Positions 29,865-38,944 of a DNA stretch of 64,000 nt are shown here, piece by piece. Origin of the DNA: an uncultured virus (IMG/VR IMGVR_UViG_3300009164_000065). Lineage: Duplodnaviria > Heunggongvirae > Uroviricota > Caudoviricetes. Every line of letters starts with the position of its first letter. Position 1 is the stretch's first letter. The position numbers were made by a program, and so were the translations under genes. The notes beneath the pieces are model-generated. The model was not told the origin of the DNA, made no database searches, and saw only the letters and a program-made list of their open reading frames with translations. Location of the stretch: IMG/VR virus record IMGVR_UViG_3300009164_000065; one strand, given 5' to 3'.

Positions 29865-30250
29865 ACCGATAGGCTTCGCGCAGGCCGGTTGTAATGCGCC
29901 CTAAACCTGGACACACGTATCGCAGGGACGGAAATTGTGCGCGGTAGCACAGACTTATCACCACTATCCTTAACAGGACGTAAGTCAAACGGTATGAAAC
30001 TGGCTTGGTGTAAGAATTGCAAGACCAAAATGAGTAGGCTCTGTTGAACTATTACAACCTACAAGAATACAAGAACAGTTTGGATTGTTGTTGTGTTCTG
30101 CGTTATTCAAGTCTAGTGTAAAAAGGTACAGCGTAACCGCCTTTACTGTGCAAACAGTTGCTTAATCCAAAGTGGCATAGGGGTCTGAGTCAAGAACCAA
30201 ATGTTTTCCTTAGCCTGTCAAGGCTAAGTGTGACTAGATAATCTAAGTCA
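29865..30250 (+). ncRNA. Candidate large structured non-coding RNA (family not recognised)
   Basis: Largest non-coding gap in window, relatively GC-rich, about ten contiguous helices with G-U pairs on the + strand and a possible pseudoknot. Confidence 0.6.
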
Positions 30251-30373
30251 AGTAATCATAATGTTAGTAAAATTTAAATCATATATCTGTATAAACAATA
30301 CAAAATATAAACTGTAAAAATACTAATTAAAAAATGAAATGAATGAGCAATCACGAAGTGATGCGATATTCAA

Positions 30374-30391
30374 GGGCGAAGTACTTCGCCC
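30374..30391. repeat. Perfect 18-bp GC-rich palindrome between convergent transcription units
   Basis: GGGCGAAGTACTTCGCCC. Confidence 0.85.
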
Positions 30392-30406
30392 GATTAAGAT
30401 AATACA

Positions 30407-30625
30407 TTATCTTCTAGCAATACCTTTCTTACCATACATTGTTTCTGTACGTTCTTTAATTGTTTCACTAAGGACTAATCTTTCTAAATATGTCATGTCC
30501 CATATGGTCTCTGGATTAATAGAACCCCATACACTTAGTTCTGACACTTCCCTTATTAAGGCTCTTGAGTCTGCTTCTATACCCTCGATAAAGCGAGCAA
30601 TGCTGGCTCTATCAAGACCTAACAT
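30407..30625 (-). CDS. Small baseplate hub assembly protein (gp51-position), possibly the frameshift extension of the upstream gene
   Basis: 72-aa ORF overlapping gp26-like stop (TGATG); W.M...ER...I.ER pattern like tail chaperone extensions. Confidence 0.6.
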   Translation of the reverse strand: MLGLDRASIARFIEGIEADSRALIREVSELSVWGSINPETIWDMTYLERLVLSETIKERTETMYGKKGIARR

Positions 30626-31530
30626 CAAGAGCCGATTTCGAAAAAACTTGTTGGGTCAAACAACATGTCACTGGTGTAGTCTTCACCGCAATAATCACAA
30701 TGTACCTTAATTGTTTTAATGATACCATATTCGTTAAAACGTTTTACTTCTTGATCTAGTCGTTCATGACTTGCTCGATCTAAATTCTTAACCCATTCAG
30801 CGATATGGCTTGGGTTTGATACTTCTGTACCGTCGGGTAACATAACGCTAATGATACATTCACCCATTGTTTCCTGACTCAATGATACTAAATCATTGTA
30901 ACCCTTGTTGGCAATTGCAGCCTTTTGATCAATTGTCATTCTTTCGTCTACTTCAGCCGCCTGTAATTGACGCATGGTAGTAAATTGCACACGTAACAAT
31001 TTACTTTGTGCTTCCAGTGTGTATGGTTTTAAATTTACTTTGATACCAGAACCTAATGTAACAATGCCAACGTCATCGGGTACATTACGTAGTGTACCTA
31101 ACACACTACCAAGTCCAACAACCACATGTTGACTTTTATTTTGATCTTTACTTTTACTTTGATTACATCCGTGATGAATGTTCAAGCTCATATCGTCACC
31201 ATAGCTGGTCATACGCATTGCAACTAAAATTGCATCAACATCAGTTGTTGGAATTTCATTTACGTTTGCAATGTCTGGACATACAGAAGTTATAACATGC
31301 TTCAATGCTTCGCCGTTGAGCAACGAATCTGGATTTTTTAAAATCAGCTCATCTTTAGCAGTCATTGGATAAACAGCCAATTCTCCGTTGTCGGAAAGCT
31401 TTGGCGGCGTTTTATAAAATCTCCCCTGGCTTGGAAGTTCAATATAGGTACCTGGTCGACGGTAATATTGTGACAACGGATTTGCCGAAGCTGACTTTAT
31501 TGGTCTATTAAGTGGGTTGGAGTTATCCAT
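30625..31530 (-). CDS. gp26: Baseplate hub assembly chaperone, T4 gp26-like
   Basis: NPL..Y.R.P..YI.LPS.G..Y, VYPMTAKDE, D.DAIL.A.R..SYG, C-terminal C..C and F.PTSFF; likely start MDNSNP after AAGGA. Confidence 0.75.
   Translation of the reverse strand: MDNSNPLNRPIKSASANPLSQYYRRPGTYIELPSQGRFYKTPPKLSDNGELAVYPMTAKDELILKNPDSLLNGEALKHVITSVCPDIANVNEIPTTDVDAILVAMRMTSYGDDMSLNIHHGCNQSKSKDQNKSQHVVVGLGSVLGTLRNVPDDVGIVTLGSGIKVNLKPYTLEAQSKLLRVQFTTMRQLQAAEVDERMTIDQKAAIANKGYNDLVSLSQETMGECIISVMLPDGTEVSNPSHIAEWVKNLDRASHERLDQEVKRFNEYGIIKTIKVHCDYCGEDYTSDMLFDPTSFFEIGS
30640..30646 (-). other. Putative -1 ribosomal frameshift heptamer T TTT TTC
   Basis: In-frame X XXY YYZ heptamer 5 codons before the stop; -1 frame is the downstream ORF. 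Confidence 0.55.
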
Positions 31531-31623
31531 GTAGTTAATCCTTGTTGGTAAATAGGCTATAGGTGCCAATTTATATTAAATGTATTTATGTGGTGTTTTA
31601 ACCAATATTAGGACCAAATCTGA

Positions 31624-34332
31624 ATGAGTGATGGAATAACAAAAGACGAACTCAATGAATCCTTAGATAGATTCTTTAAAAAGTTATCTGAATTGTCGTC
31701 TACTGTAGGCCGCGGTGGACCTACAGGCAATAAAGCTGGCTCAACTGGTGGAACTAAAGCAAAAACTCCCGATACTCCAGAAGAACGTGCTTATGCAGAA
31801 AAAATTAAACGTCTAAATAAGTTACACGAAGCTGGTATTAAATTAAGTAGCGAAGATGCAGAAGCATTAAAAGAACATACCAAGCAAACAGAAGATCTAA
31901 CTGATGCCACAAAAGACCTAGAGTCTAGCATGAAGTATACCAAGAAGCAACTGGTTGGCCTTGGTAAAGACATGCTGACAGGCAATGGCAGTTTAGGAGA
32001 AGCATCGGGACGATTGGCCAGTATATTTGAAGATAGTTCAAGTCGTGCAGGCCGTGCAATTTATGGATTTGCCGCTGGAGCCAGCTTTGCATTAGGCGCA
32101 ATGGAGAATTTTGCTAAAAGTGCCGCTGACATGGGTGCATTTGCGGACCTTGGAGCATTCAGTGTTGGATCACTTAGACAAGCCAAACTATTAAGTGGAC
32201 TTGGTGATAGTTTTATTAAAGTTATTGAGAACAGCCAAGGCGGGTTCAAAGCATTTGGTTCAAACAGTCAGGCAGCAACAGAAAATTTAAGTAACTTGGC
32301 ACGTGGCCTTCGTTTAGGGTCATATGCATTAAACAGTACACTACGTAAAAATCTTGGAACAGAACTGGTTGGAACCATGAACAAGGCTGCCAAGTCAACC
32401 GCAGCCATGGGACTAAGTCAAGAAGACCAAGCTAACTTGATGGGAACAATCTCCTCAAATGTACAATTGAATGCAGAAAACGAACAAGATGCACAGCGTA
32501 AGTTGGTTAAACAATACGCTGAAACTGTAGATTCAGCACGTACACTAAGCAATACATTTGGTACCAGTGCAAAAGAAATCCTAAAAAGTATTGAAAACTT
32601 TAATAAGAGTACCGCAGGTAAAGCTGCCGCATTACAAGGTGTTTCTGGTGCTCAAGAAATTAAGCAAGCACTGGCCGCTGCCGGTGTACAAGGCAGTGAA
32701 GAGGACATGAACAGAATGGCTCTTGCTTTGGCCAAAGGGCAAGGCATGGGTGTAGCTGGAACTTATACTACTCCTGAATCAATGGCAAACTTGCAAGCAG
32801 TTTCAAATGCAGTTGATCAAGCTAAACAAGCAGGCGGCGGCAAAGTTACAGCAGAAGGTCTTAGCCAAGGAATGCAGTCTCAGCGTGGTACATTTGAAGC
32901 AATTGGCCGACAACGTCAGGACTTGGGTGCCAAAGGTCAAGAAGGTTTATTTGACACTGGTGTTGCTGCCGCAGAACTTGCTAAAAAATTAGATTTACAA
33001 GCCAAAGCAGCCGCAGGTGATCAAAAAGCAAGAGACGAATTGGCCAAACAAGGTACAACTACCGAAGCAGATAATATTCAAACCATGGATAGATTAACTG
33101 GTGCTCTTGATAGTTTACGTGGATTTATTATTGGATTAACTGCATCTGTAATAGGACTAACTGGCATGCTTGCCCCATTGGTATTAGGTGGCGCAGGCGC
33201 CTTAATTGGCGGATTAACAGGCAAAGGCGGCGGACTATTAGGTGGTTTACTTGGTAAAGGTGCAGGAGCCGCTGGTGCAGGAGCAGCCGGAGCCGCTGGT
33301 GCAGGAGCAGCCGCTGGTGGCGGCGCAGGTAGTGCTATTGGTAATACCTTAGGCGGATTAGGTACTGGGTTAGGAACATTGTTAGAAGGGTTAGGAAAAG
33401 GTATCGGAAAAGGTGCTTCTGCAATATTAGAAGGACTAGCAACTGGCCTTAAATTCTTTGCAGATCCAATGATTTTATTAGGTGCCGCAATCCTTGGCGG
33501 CGCAATTACATTAATTGGCGCTGGTATTGCAGGTGCCACGTGGATATTAGGTAAAGCATTACCAACATTTGCAGAAGGACTTGCTTCGTTTGACAACATC
33601 AACGGTGACAATTTAATTAAAATTGGAGGCGGATTAGCTGCCATGGGTGCAGGTGCAGTTGTATTTGCTGCCGGTATGGCTGCGGCCACTGCTGGTAGTA
33701 TATTAACAGGTATCATGGGCTTATTTGGGGCCAAGAGTCCATTGGAAAAGGTAATGGAATTTGTGCCTTATGCAGATGCTATCAGTGCATTGGGGCAGGG
33801 CATGTTAAATTTTGGCAATGGTATCATTGCAATGAAGACTGGATTGGCTGGATTGGCTGGTGTTGATATATCTAATTTAACAACCTTATTAAGTGACAAG
33901 GGTCCATTGAGTAAAATCAAACAATTTGCTGAAAACTCCAATAGTGTCAGTATATTAGGCAAAGGAATATTAGATTTTGGTAATGGTATCATTGCCATGA
34001 ATACAGGATTAGAATCATTAGATGTAGAAAAACTAGCAAATTTCAAACAAAACTTAACTGAGATCAGTAGTTTAAATTTAGGAAACTTATCAAGCATTGG
34101 GTCAGTTATTGGATCTAATCAAGTAAGTGTTGATACATCTACTGTTCCTACTAAATTTGCAAGTGATGCTATTAATTCAAACCCTAATGCTAGTAACATT
34201 GCTCAAAGCACAGTAACTCCGGAACTAATTGCACAATTTACCAGCTATCTTTCAAACATACAGAATGATTTGCAAGCAATTAGGGGTAATACAAAAGGAT
34301 CACCTTCTGTTGCTCCGGTAAGATTATCGTAA
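31624..34332 (+). CDS. Putative tape measure protein
   Basis: 902 aa, helical Ala/Gly-rich, hydrophobic Gly-rich segments, adjacent to gp26-like chaperone and portal. Confidence 0.7.
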   Translation: MSDGITKDELNESLDRFFKKLSELSSTVGRGGPTGNKAGSTGGTKAKTPDTPEERAYAEKIKRLNKLHEAGIKLSSEDAEALKEHTKQTEDLTDATKDLESSMKYTKKQLVGLGKDMLTGNGSLGEASGRLASIFEDSSSRAGRAIYGFAAGASFALGAMENFAKSAADMGAFADLGAFSVGSLRQAKLLSGLGDSFIKVIENSQGGFKAFGSNSQAATENLSNLARGLRLGSYALNSTLRKNLGTELVGTMNKAAKSTAAMGLSQEDQANLMGTISSNVQLNAENEQDAQRKLVKQYAETVDSARTLSNTFGTSAKEILKSIENFNKSTAGKAAALQGVSGAQEIKQALAAAGVQGSEEDMNRMALALAKGQGMGVAGTYTTPESMANLQAVSNAVDQAKQAGGGKVTAEGLSQGMQSQRGTFEAIGRQRQDLGAKGQEGLFDTGVAAAELAKKLDLQAKAAAGDQKARDELAKQGTTTEADNIQTMDRLTGALDSLRGFIIGLTASVIGLTGMLAPLVLGGAGALIGGLTGKGGGLLGGLLGKGAGAAGAGAAGAAGAGAAAGGGAGSAIGNTLGGLGTGLGTLLEGLGKGIGKGASAILEGLATGLKFFADPMILLGAAILGGAITLIGAGIAGATWILGKALPTFAEGLASFDNINGDNLIKIGGGLAAMGAGAVVFAAGMAAATAGSILTGIMGLFGAKSPLEKVMEFVPYADAISALGQGMLNFGNGIIAMKTGLAGLAGVDISNLTTLLSDKGPLSKIKQFAENSNSVSILGKGILDFGNGIIAMNTGLESLDVEKLANFKQNLTEISSLNLGNLSSIGSVIGSNQVSVDTSTVPTKFASDAINSNPNASNIAQSTVTPELIAQFTSYLSNIQNDLQAIRGNTKGSPSVAPVRLS

Positions 34333-34364
34333 ATATAATAGGTAAGTAATTTAAAGGATAACAT

Positions 34365-36026
34365 ATGAGCTGGCGTAAACATTTTAAAATCTGGGACCCG
34401 GAGCAAGACCTAAGTCAAACCCAAGGTCGCCAGGGAGCCGGATCATCTGCAAAATTTTCAAGTTGGTTACAGGAAGTATATACTGGTCAGCCAAATCGTG
34501 TTGAACGATATGTTCAATATGACCAAATGGACATGGACAGCGAAGTAAATGCCGCATTAGATACCATTGCTGAATTTTGTACACAGGCAAATCCAAAAAC
34601 AAATCTGCCGTTTAGTGTTGTATGGAAAGAAGATCCTACTGACAGTGAAAGCACCATTGTACAAGAATCAATGAGAAAGTGGTGTGCAATTAACACTATT
34701 CATCAACGCATTTTTAGAATATTCCGTAGTACTATCAAGTATGGCGATCATTTCTTTTTACGAGATCCAGAAACATTTGAATTGTATTGGATAAATCCAT
34801 GTGATGTTAAACGAGCAGTAATTAATGAAGCAGATGGCCGTGCAGTTGAACAATATGTTATTGCCAACATACATCCAAACTTAGCAGTCAAAGTTGCTAC
34901 AAAACCAATTGAAAGTGTAAAAACTCTTGCAAGCACTGCAACAACCAGTGCCATGGGTCCGTATTCAAATCCATCAAACTATTCAAAGCCAGGTAGTCAA
35001 GGTGGAGAAGTAGCAATTGATGCAAAACATATTATTCATATTACATTAAACGAAGGTTTAGATGTTAGTTGGCCATTTGGCGGAAGCATCTTAGATAGTA
35101 TCTTTAAGATTTACAAGCAAAAAGAACTATTAGAAGATGCTATTATTATCTATCGTGTTCAACGTGCCCCAGAACGCCGTGTTTTTTATATTGATACAGG
35201 TAATTTACCAGCGCACCAAGCAATGGCATTTGTTGAAAGAGTTAAAAATGAAATCCATCAACGACGTATTCCAACACGAACTGGCGGCGGCACAGCACTA
35301 GATGCAAGCTATAATCCATTGAGTATCTTAGAAGATTTCTTCTTTGCTCAAACAGCAGATGGTCGTGGTAGTAAAGTTGAAGTGCTACCAGGTGGACAAG
35401 GACTTGGAGAGATTGACGACTTAAAGTTCTTTACTAATAAAATGCTTCGTGGCCTACGTATTCCAAGTAGCTATCTACCAACTGGCCCCGATGACACTGG
35501 CGCACAATACACTGATGGTAAACTTGGAACAGCAATGATTCAAGAATTCCGTTTCAATAGTTATTGCCGCAGATTACAAGGGCTAATTGCACCATTTTTA
35601 GATAAAGAGTTTAAGGTTTTCTTAAAGAATCGTGGAGTAAACATTGATAGTTCAAGTTTTGACATTGATTTCTTAGAGCCACAAAATTTTAGTGCGTATC
35701 GTGAAATTGAAGTTAATAATGCTCGTGCAACTACATTTACTCAGCTTGCAGATATTGCATATCTAAGTCATCGTTATAAATTGAAAAAGTTCTTGGGACT
35801 GGATGATGATGAAATCTTAGAAAACGAACGCTTATGGAAAGAAGAGAATGCTGACGAAAAAACAGCAGTTGCTGGTAATGAAAGTGCCGGATTCTCTGCT
35901 ACTGGATTGTCAGGACCATCTGAAATAGACCTTGAAACAACGGGTAATTTAGAAGCTGGAGCCGAAGCCGAAACTGAAGCTGGTGCAGAAGGTGGCGCAG
36001 CCGAAGAAACTGTTCCACCAGTTTAA
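34365..36026 (+). CDS. gp20: Portal protein, T4 gp20-like
   Basis: LLEDAIIIYRVQRAPERRVFYIDTGNLP, LEDFF, G.KVEVLPGGQ.LGEIDD motifs. Confidence 0.95.
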   Translation: MSWRKHFKIWDPEQDLSQTQGRQGAGSSAKFSSWLQEVYTGQPNRVERYVQYDQMDMDSEVNAALDTIAEFCTQANPKTNLPFSVVWKEDPTDSESTIVQESMRKWCAINTIHQRIFRIFRSTIKYGDHFFLRDPETFELYWINPCDVKRAVINEADGRAVEQYVIANIHPNLAVKVATKPIESVKTLASTATTSAMGPYSNPSNYSKPGSQGGEVAIDAKHIIHITLNEGLDVSWPFGGSILDSIFKIYKQKELLEDAIIIYRVQRAPERRVFYIDTGNLPAHQAMAFVERVKNEIHQRRIPTRTGGGTALDASYNPLSILEDFFFAQTADGRGSKVEVLPGGQGLGEIDDLKFFTNKMLRGLRIPSSYLPTGPDDTGAQYTDGKLGTAMIQEFRFNSYCRRLQGLIAPFLDKEFKVFLKNRGVNIDSSSFDIDFLEPQNFSAYREIEVNNARATTFTQLADIAYLSHRYKLKKFLGLDDDEILENERLWKEENADEKTAVAGNESAGFSATGLSGPSEIDLETTGNLEAGAEAETEAGAEGGAAEETVPPV

Positions 36027-36042
36027 TTTTTAAACTTTTAGA

Positions 36043-36048
36043 TAAGTA
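36043..36048 (+). promoter_or_regulatory. Putative late promoter TAAGTA, 5 nt before ATG
   Basis: GATAAGTAGTTTTATG. Confidence 0.5.
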
Positions 36049-36053
36049 GTTTT

Positions 36054-36260
36054 ATGAGATTTAACGACTTAATTAGAGCTGAAAATGAAATTGAAGAGGA
36101 GATTGATCCAGAAGTTGCATTCTATGGTGATCTCCGTCGAAAACGTCTGACCTTAGAGCATGTTAATCGTTTAAGAAAATTGCGCGACATGCGCGATTAC
36201 GAAAATAAACAACGTTTAACACTAGTACGAAAAATGTATGCTAGACCCCCAGCGGTCTAA
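36054..36260 (+). CDS. Small head-module protein
   Basis: 68-aa ORF between portal and prohead core genes; RK.RLTL..VNRLRK motif. Confidence 0.7.
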   Translation: MRFNDLIRAENEIEEEIDPEVAFYGDLRRKRLTLEHVNRLRKLRDMRDYENKQRLTLVRKMYARPPAV

Positions 36261-36284
36261 TACATGATTTGTTAAAAAATTATT

Positions 36285-36312
36285 ACTACTTTTGTCAAAA
36301 AAGTAGTTTTTT
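36285..36312 (+). terminator. Possible intrinsic terminator
   Basis: ACTACTTTT-GTCAA-AAAAGTAGT stem followed by T run; AT-rich stem. Confidence 0.4.
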
Positions 36313-36335
36313 CTGCCTTTATACCTCATTTTCTG

Positions 36336-36364
36336 TGCGCCAATAGTAAGTAGTTATTGGTGCA
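36336..36364 (+). promoter_or_regulatory. Inverted repeat with late-promoter motif TAAGTA in loop
   Basis: TGCGCCAATA / TATTGGTGCA (one G-T) flanking GTAAGTAGT. Confidence 0.55.
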
Positions 36365-36403
36365 TTGGTACTCTCGTACCCCTTAGCGCAAGGAGAAAAA
36401 ACA

Positions 36404-37159
36404 ATGAGCAAAACCATTTTAGAGCAGGCACTTGATCATCTTCTAAATAAAGAAGAAGATAAAGCTAGTGCTTTGTTACATGACTACTATGTAGGCATTG
36501 GTCGTAAAGTATACGAAGACATTATGACTGATGATATGGCCTTAGAAGATGAAGATCACTTATCTGACCTTGATAATTCAATCGACGAAGTTGATGCTGA
36601 TCTAACTGAAGAAGGCGAAGATATGGATATGGAAGCCGGTGAAGAAGCCGGTGAAGAATTAGAAGCCGAATTAGGCGCAGAAGAAGCAGTTAGTGCTGAT
36701 GCGGCTGATGTAGCTGATGCAATGCTAGATGTTGAATCAGCATTAGCAAAGCTAAAGGCAGAATTTGAAGAAATGATTTCTGGTACAGGCGATCACGACA
36801 GTGAAATGAGCGCACCAGAAGGTGAAGAAGAAACCGAAGAAGAAGTTCAAGACGAAATGGGCGAAAGCTTAGAAGAGTCATTGGAATTATCTAAAGTTTC
36901 AGCACCAGATAATAGCGACAAAGCTGATTCAACATCAAGCCCAGTTGCTAAACGCAATCCAATGATGGCTCGTCCAGCAACTAAGTTTGGTGGTTCAGCC
37001 AGTGGTGACGGTGTAGCTAGTGGTACTACCCCAGCTAAAGCCCCATCATCAAAAGATATGGCCAGCACAACTCGCCCAGCTATGAGTAAAGTAGCTAAGC
37101 CAGGTGTAGCACCAGGTCGTGAAGCAGGCTCAAGTCAGTCAGACTTGCCAAGAGGTTAA
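36404..37159 (+). CDS. Acidic prohead core/scaffold-associated protein
   Basis: Very Glu/Asp-rich, many L-x-E sites, immediately upstream of prohead protease; start MSKT after AAGGAG. Confidence 0.7.
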   Translation: MSKTILEQALDHLLNKEEDKASALLHDYYVGIGRKVYEDIMTDDMALEDEDHLSDLDNSIDEVDADLTEEGEDMDMEAGEEAGEELEAELGAEEAVSADAADVADAMLDVESALAKLKAEFEEMISGTGDHDSEMSAPEGEEETEEEVQDEMGESLEESLELSKVSAPDNSDKADSTSSPVAKRNPMMARPATKFGGSASGDGVASGTTPAKAPSSKDMASTTRPAMSKVAKPGVAPGREAGSSQSDLPRG

Positions 37160-37162
37160 ACC

Positions 37163-37804
37163 ATGACGAACCTTCAGCCACTACGTGAAAATTTAACATT
37201 TGATCAAGCAGGTATGGTTGTTGAAACCAAAGACACTGCTAGTGGCGGTAAGGATCTCTACATGAAAGGTATTTTTATTCAGGGTGGTGTACGTAATCAC
37301 AATCAACGTGTATACCCTGTAAACGAAATTGCCAATGCTGTAGAGAGCATTCGAAAACGACTAGATAGTGGTTTCTCCGTTCTAGGAGAAGCAGATCATC
37401 CTGATGATTTACAAGTAAACATTGACCGAGTAAGTCATATGGTTACTGAAATGTGGATGGATGGTCCCAATGGATATGGTAAGTTAAAACTTATTCCAAC
37501 ACCAATGGGTAACATTATCAAAACATTACTTGAAAGCGGTGTTAAATTAGGTGTCAGCAGTAGAGGATCCGGTAACGTACAGGAATCTGGTAACGTTAGC
37601 GAGTTTGAAATTGTTACTGTTGACGTGGTAGCACAACCTAGTGCTCCAGAAGCCTATCCAACAGCAATTTATGAAAGAGTAATGGGAAGTCGTCGTCGTG
37701 CCGCTCTAATGGATGTGGCCAGCGCGGTGAACCACGATAGGTCCGCACAAAAATATCTTGAAAATGAAGTTTCAAAATTCATTTCAAGTTTAAGAAAAGT
37801 CTGA
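37163..37804 (+). CDS. gp21: Prohead core protease, T4 gp21-like
   Basis: GIFIQ...N.N.RVYP, LGE.DHP, VSH, TPMG, LGVSSRG.G, D.VA.PSAP.A. Confidence 0.95.
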   Translation: MTNLQPLRENLTFDQAGMVVETKDTASGGKDLYMKGIFIQGGVRNHNQRVYPVNEIANAVESIRKRLDSGFSVLGEADHPDDLQVNIDRVSHMVTEMWMDGPNGYGKLKLIPTPMGNIIKTLLESGVKLGVSSRGSGNVQESGNVSEFEIVTVDVVAQPSAPEAYPTAIYERVMGSRRRAALMDVASAVNHDRSAQKYLENEVSKFISSLRKV

Positions 37805-37817
37805 GGAGATTACTATA

Positions 37818-38927
37818 ATGAGTCAATTTACAGAAATGCTCGGTTCAGTAGTTTTGTCCGAAGAGGTGCGAGATAACATCAACACCGCTTGGGAAAAACA
37901 CTTAGCCGAAAGCCGCGAATCAGTAACGGCTGAATTGCGTGAAGAATTTGCAACACGTTACGAGCACGATAAAGGTCAACTTATCGAAGCTATGGATACG
38001 TTGATGCAAGATACCATCAATGCTGGCGCAACAGAACTAAAAACTCTACGCGAAGAAGCAGTAGCACAGCGTACCAAGTATGCCGCTAAAATTAAAGAAG
38101 ATGCCAAGTTGTTACAAAAGTTAGTAACAGAAACTCTTGCAAAAGAGATTGCTGAACTACGCACTGATCGTAATGATCAGAAAGCAACAATTGGTCAACT
38201 TGAAGAATTTGCATTACGTAAACTAACAAGCGAATTAAGCGAATTACACGAAGATCACAAAGCTTTAGTAAACGCTCGCGTTAAGTTAGTAACAGAAGGC
38301 CGCAAAGCCATCGAAGAAACACGTTCAGCATTCATCAAGAAAGCATCAGATAAAGTGAATGGTCTAGTAACTGAATCGTTTAAGAAAGAAATGACACAGT
38401 TAAAAACAGACATTCGCGAAGCAAAAGAAAACAACTTTGGTCGTAAGATCATGGAAGCTTTTGCCGCAGAATTTATGGCAAGTAAGTTTGCAGACGGTAC
38501 AGCCGTTAGTCAGCTTACACGTAAAATCGAAGAAATACAATCAGAACTAACAGAGGCTCACAAAACAATCACAACTAAAGAAGTACAAATTAGCGAGTCG
38601 CTTCGTCGTCAGCGCATTGCGGAAGATCAAGCACAGCGAGTTCGCGTAATGCAAGATTTATGTGCTCCATTGTCAAAAGACAAGAGAGGCATTATGGAAG
38701 AGTTACTAGAAAGCACAGATACGTCTAAGCTAAAAGATCAATTCCAGAAATACTTGCCATCAGTCCTTAACGAAGAAATTCGTAAAGACAAGAAACAACT
38801 TGTTGAAGGACATCAATCACAGAAGACTGTGGTTACAGGCGACAAATCAACAACAGTTGATTCCGCCCCAGCCGATGCTGATGACACAATTCGTCAGCTA
38901 CGTAAACTCGCTGGAATAAAGAATTAA
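37818..38927 (+). CDS. gp22: Prohead scaffolding protein, T4 gp22-like
   Basis: Coiled-coil protein between protease and capsid; GRKIMEAF..EF motif. Confidence 0.85.
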   Translation: MSQFTEMLGSVVLSEEVRDNINTAWEKHLAESRESVTAELREEFATRYEHDKGQLIEAMDTLMQDTINAGATELKTLREEAVAQRTKYAAKIKEDAKLLQKLVTETLAKEIAELRTDRNDQKATIGQLEEFALRKLTSELSELHEDHKALVNARVKLVTEGRKAIEETRSAFIKKASDKVNGLVTESFKKEMTQLKTDIREAKENNFGRKIMEAFAAEFMASKFADGTAVSQLTRKIEEIQSELTEAHKTITTKEVQISESLRRQRIAEDQAQRVRVMQDLCAPLSKDKRGIMEELLESTDTSKLKDQFQKYLPSVLNEEIRKDKKQLVEGHQSQKTVVTGDKSTTVDSAPADADDTIRQLRKLAGIKN

Positions 38928-38944
38928 TATAGGAGACATACAAA

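Noticed and set aside
29801..30028. 75-aa minus-strand ORF
   Set aside because: No RBS or recognisable motif; overlaps the structured region, likely spurious
29807..30250. Group I or group II intron
   Set aside because: CAGACTTA/TAAGTC is P7-like but I find no P3/P4-P6 core, no domain V, and no interrupted gene on either side
30339..30710. 123-aa plus-strand ORF
   Set aside because: Antisense to the gp51/gp26-like genes, no motif
33259..33320. GGTGCAGGAGCCGCT short repeats
   Set aside because: Encode a Gly-Ala linker; ordinary low complexity
33078..33734. 218-aa Pro/Ala-rich minus-strand ORF
   Set aside because: Shadow of Gly/Ala codons in the tape measure gene
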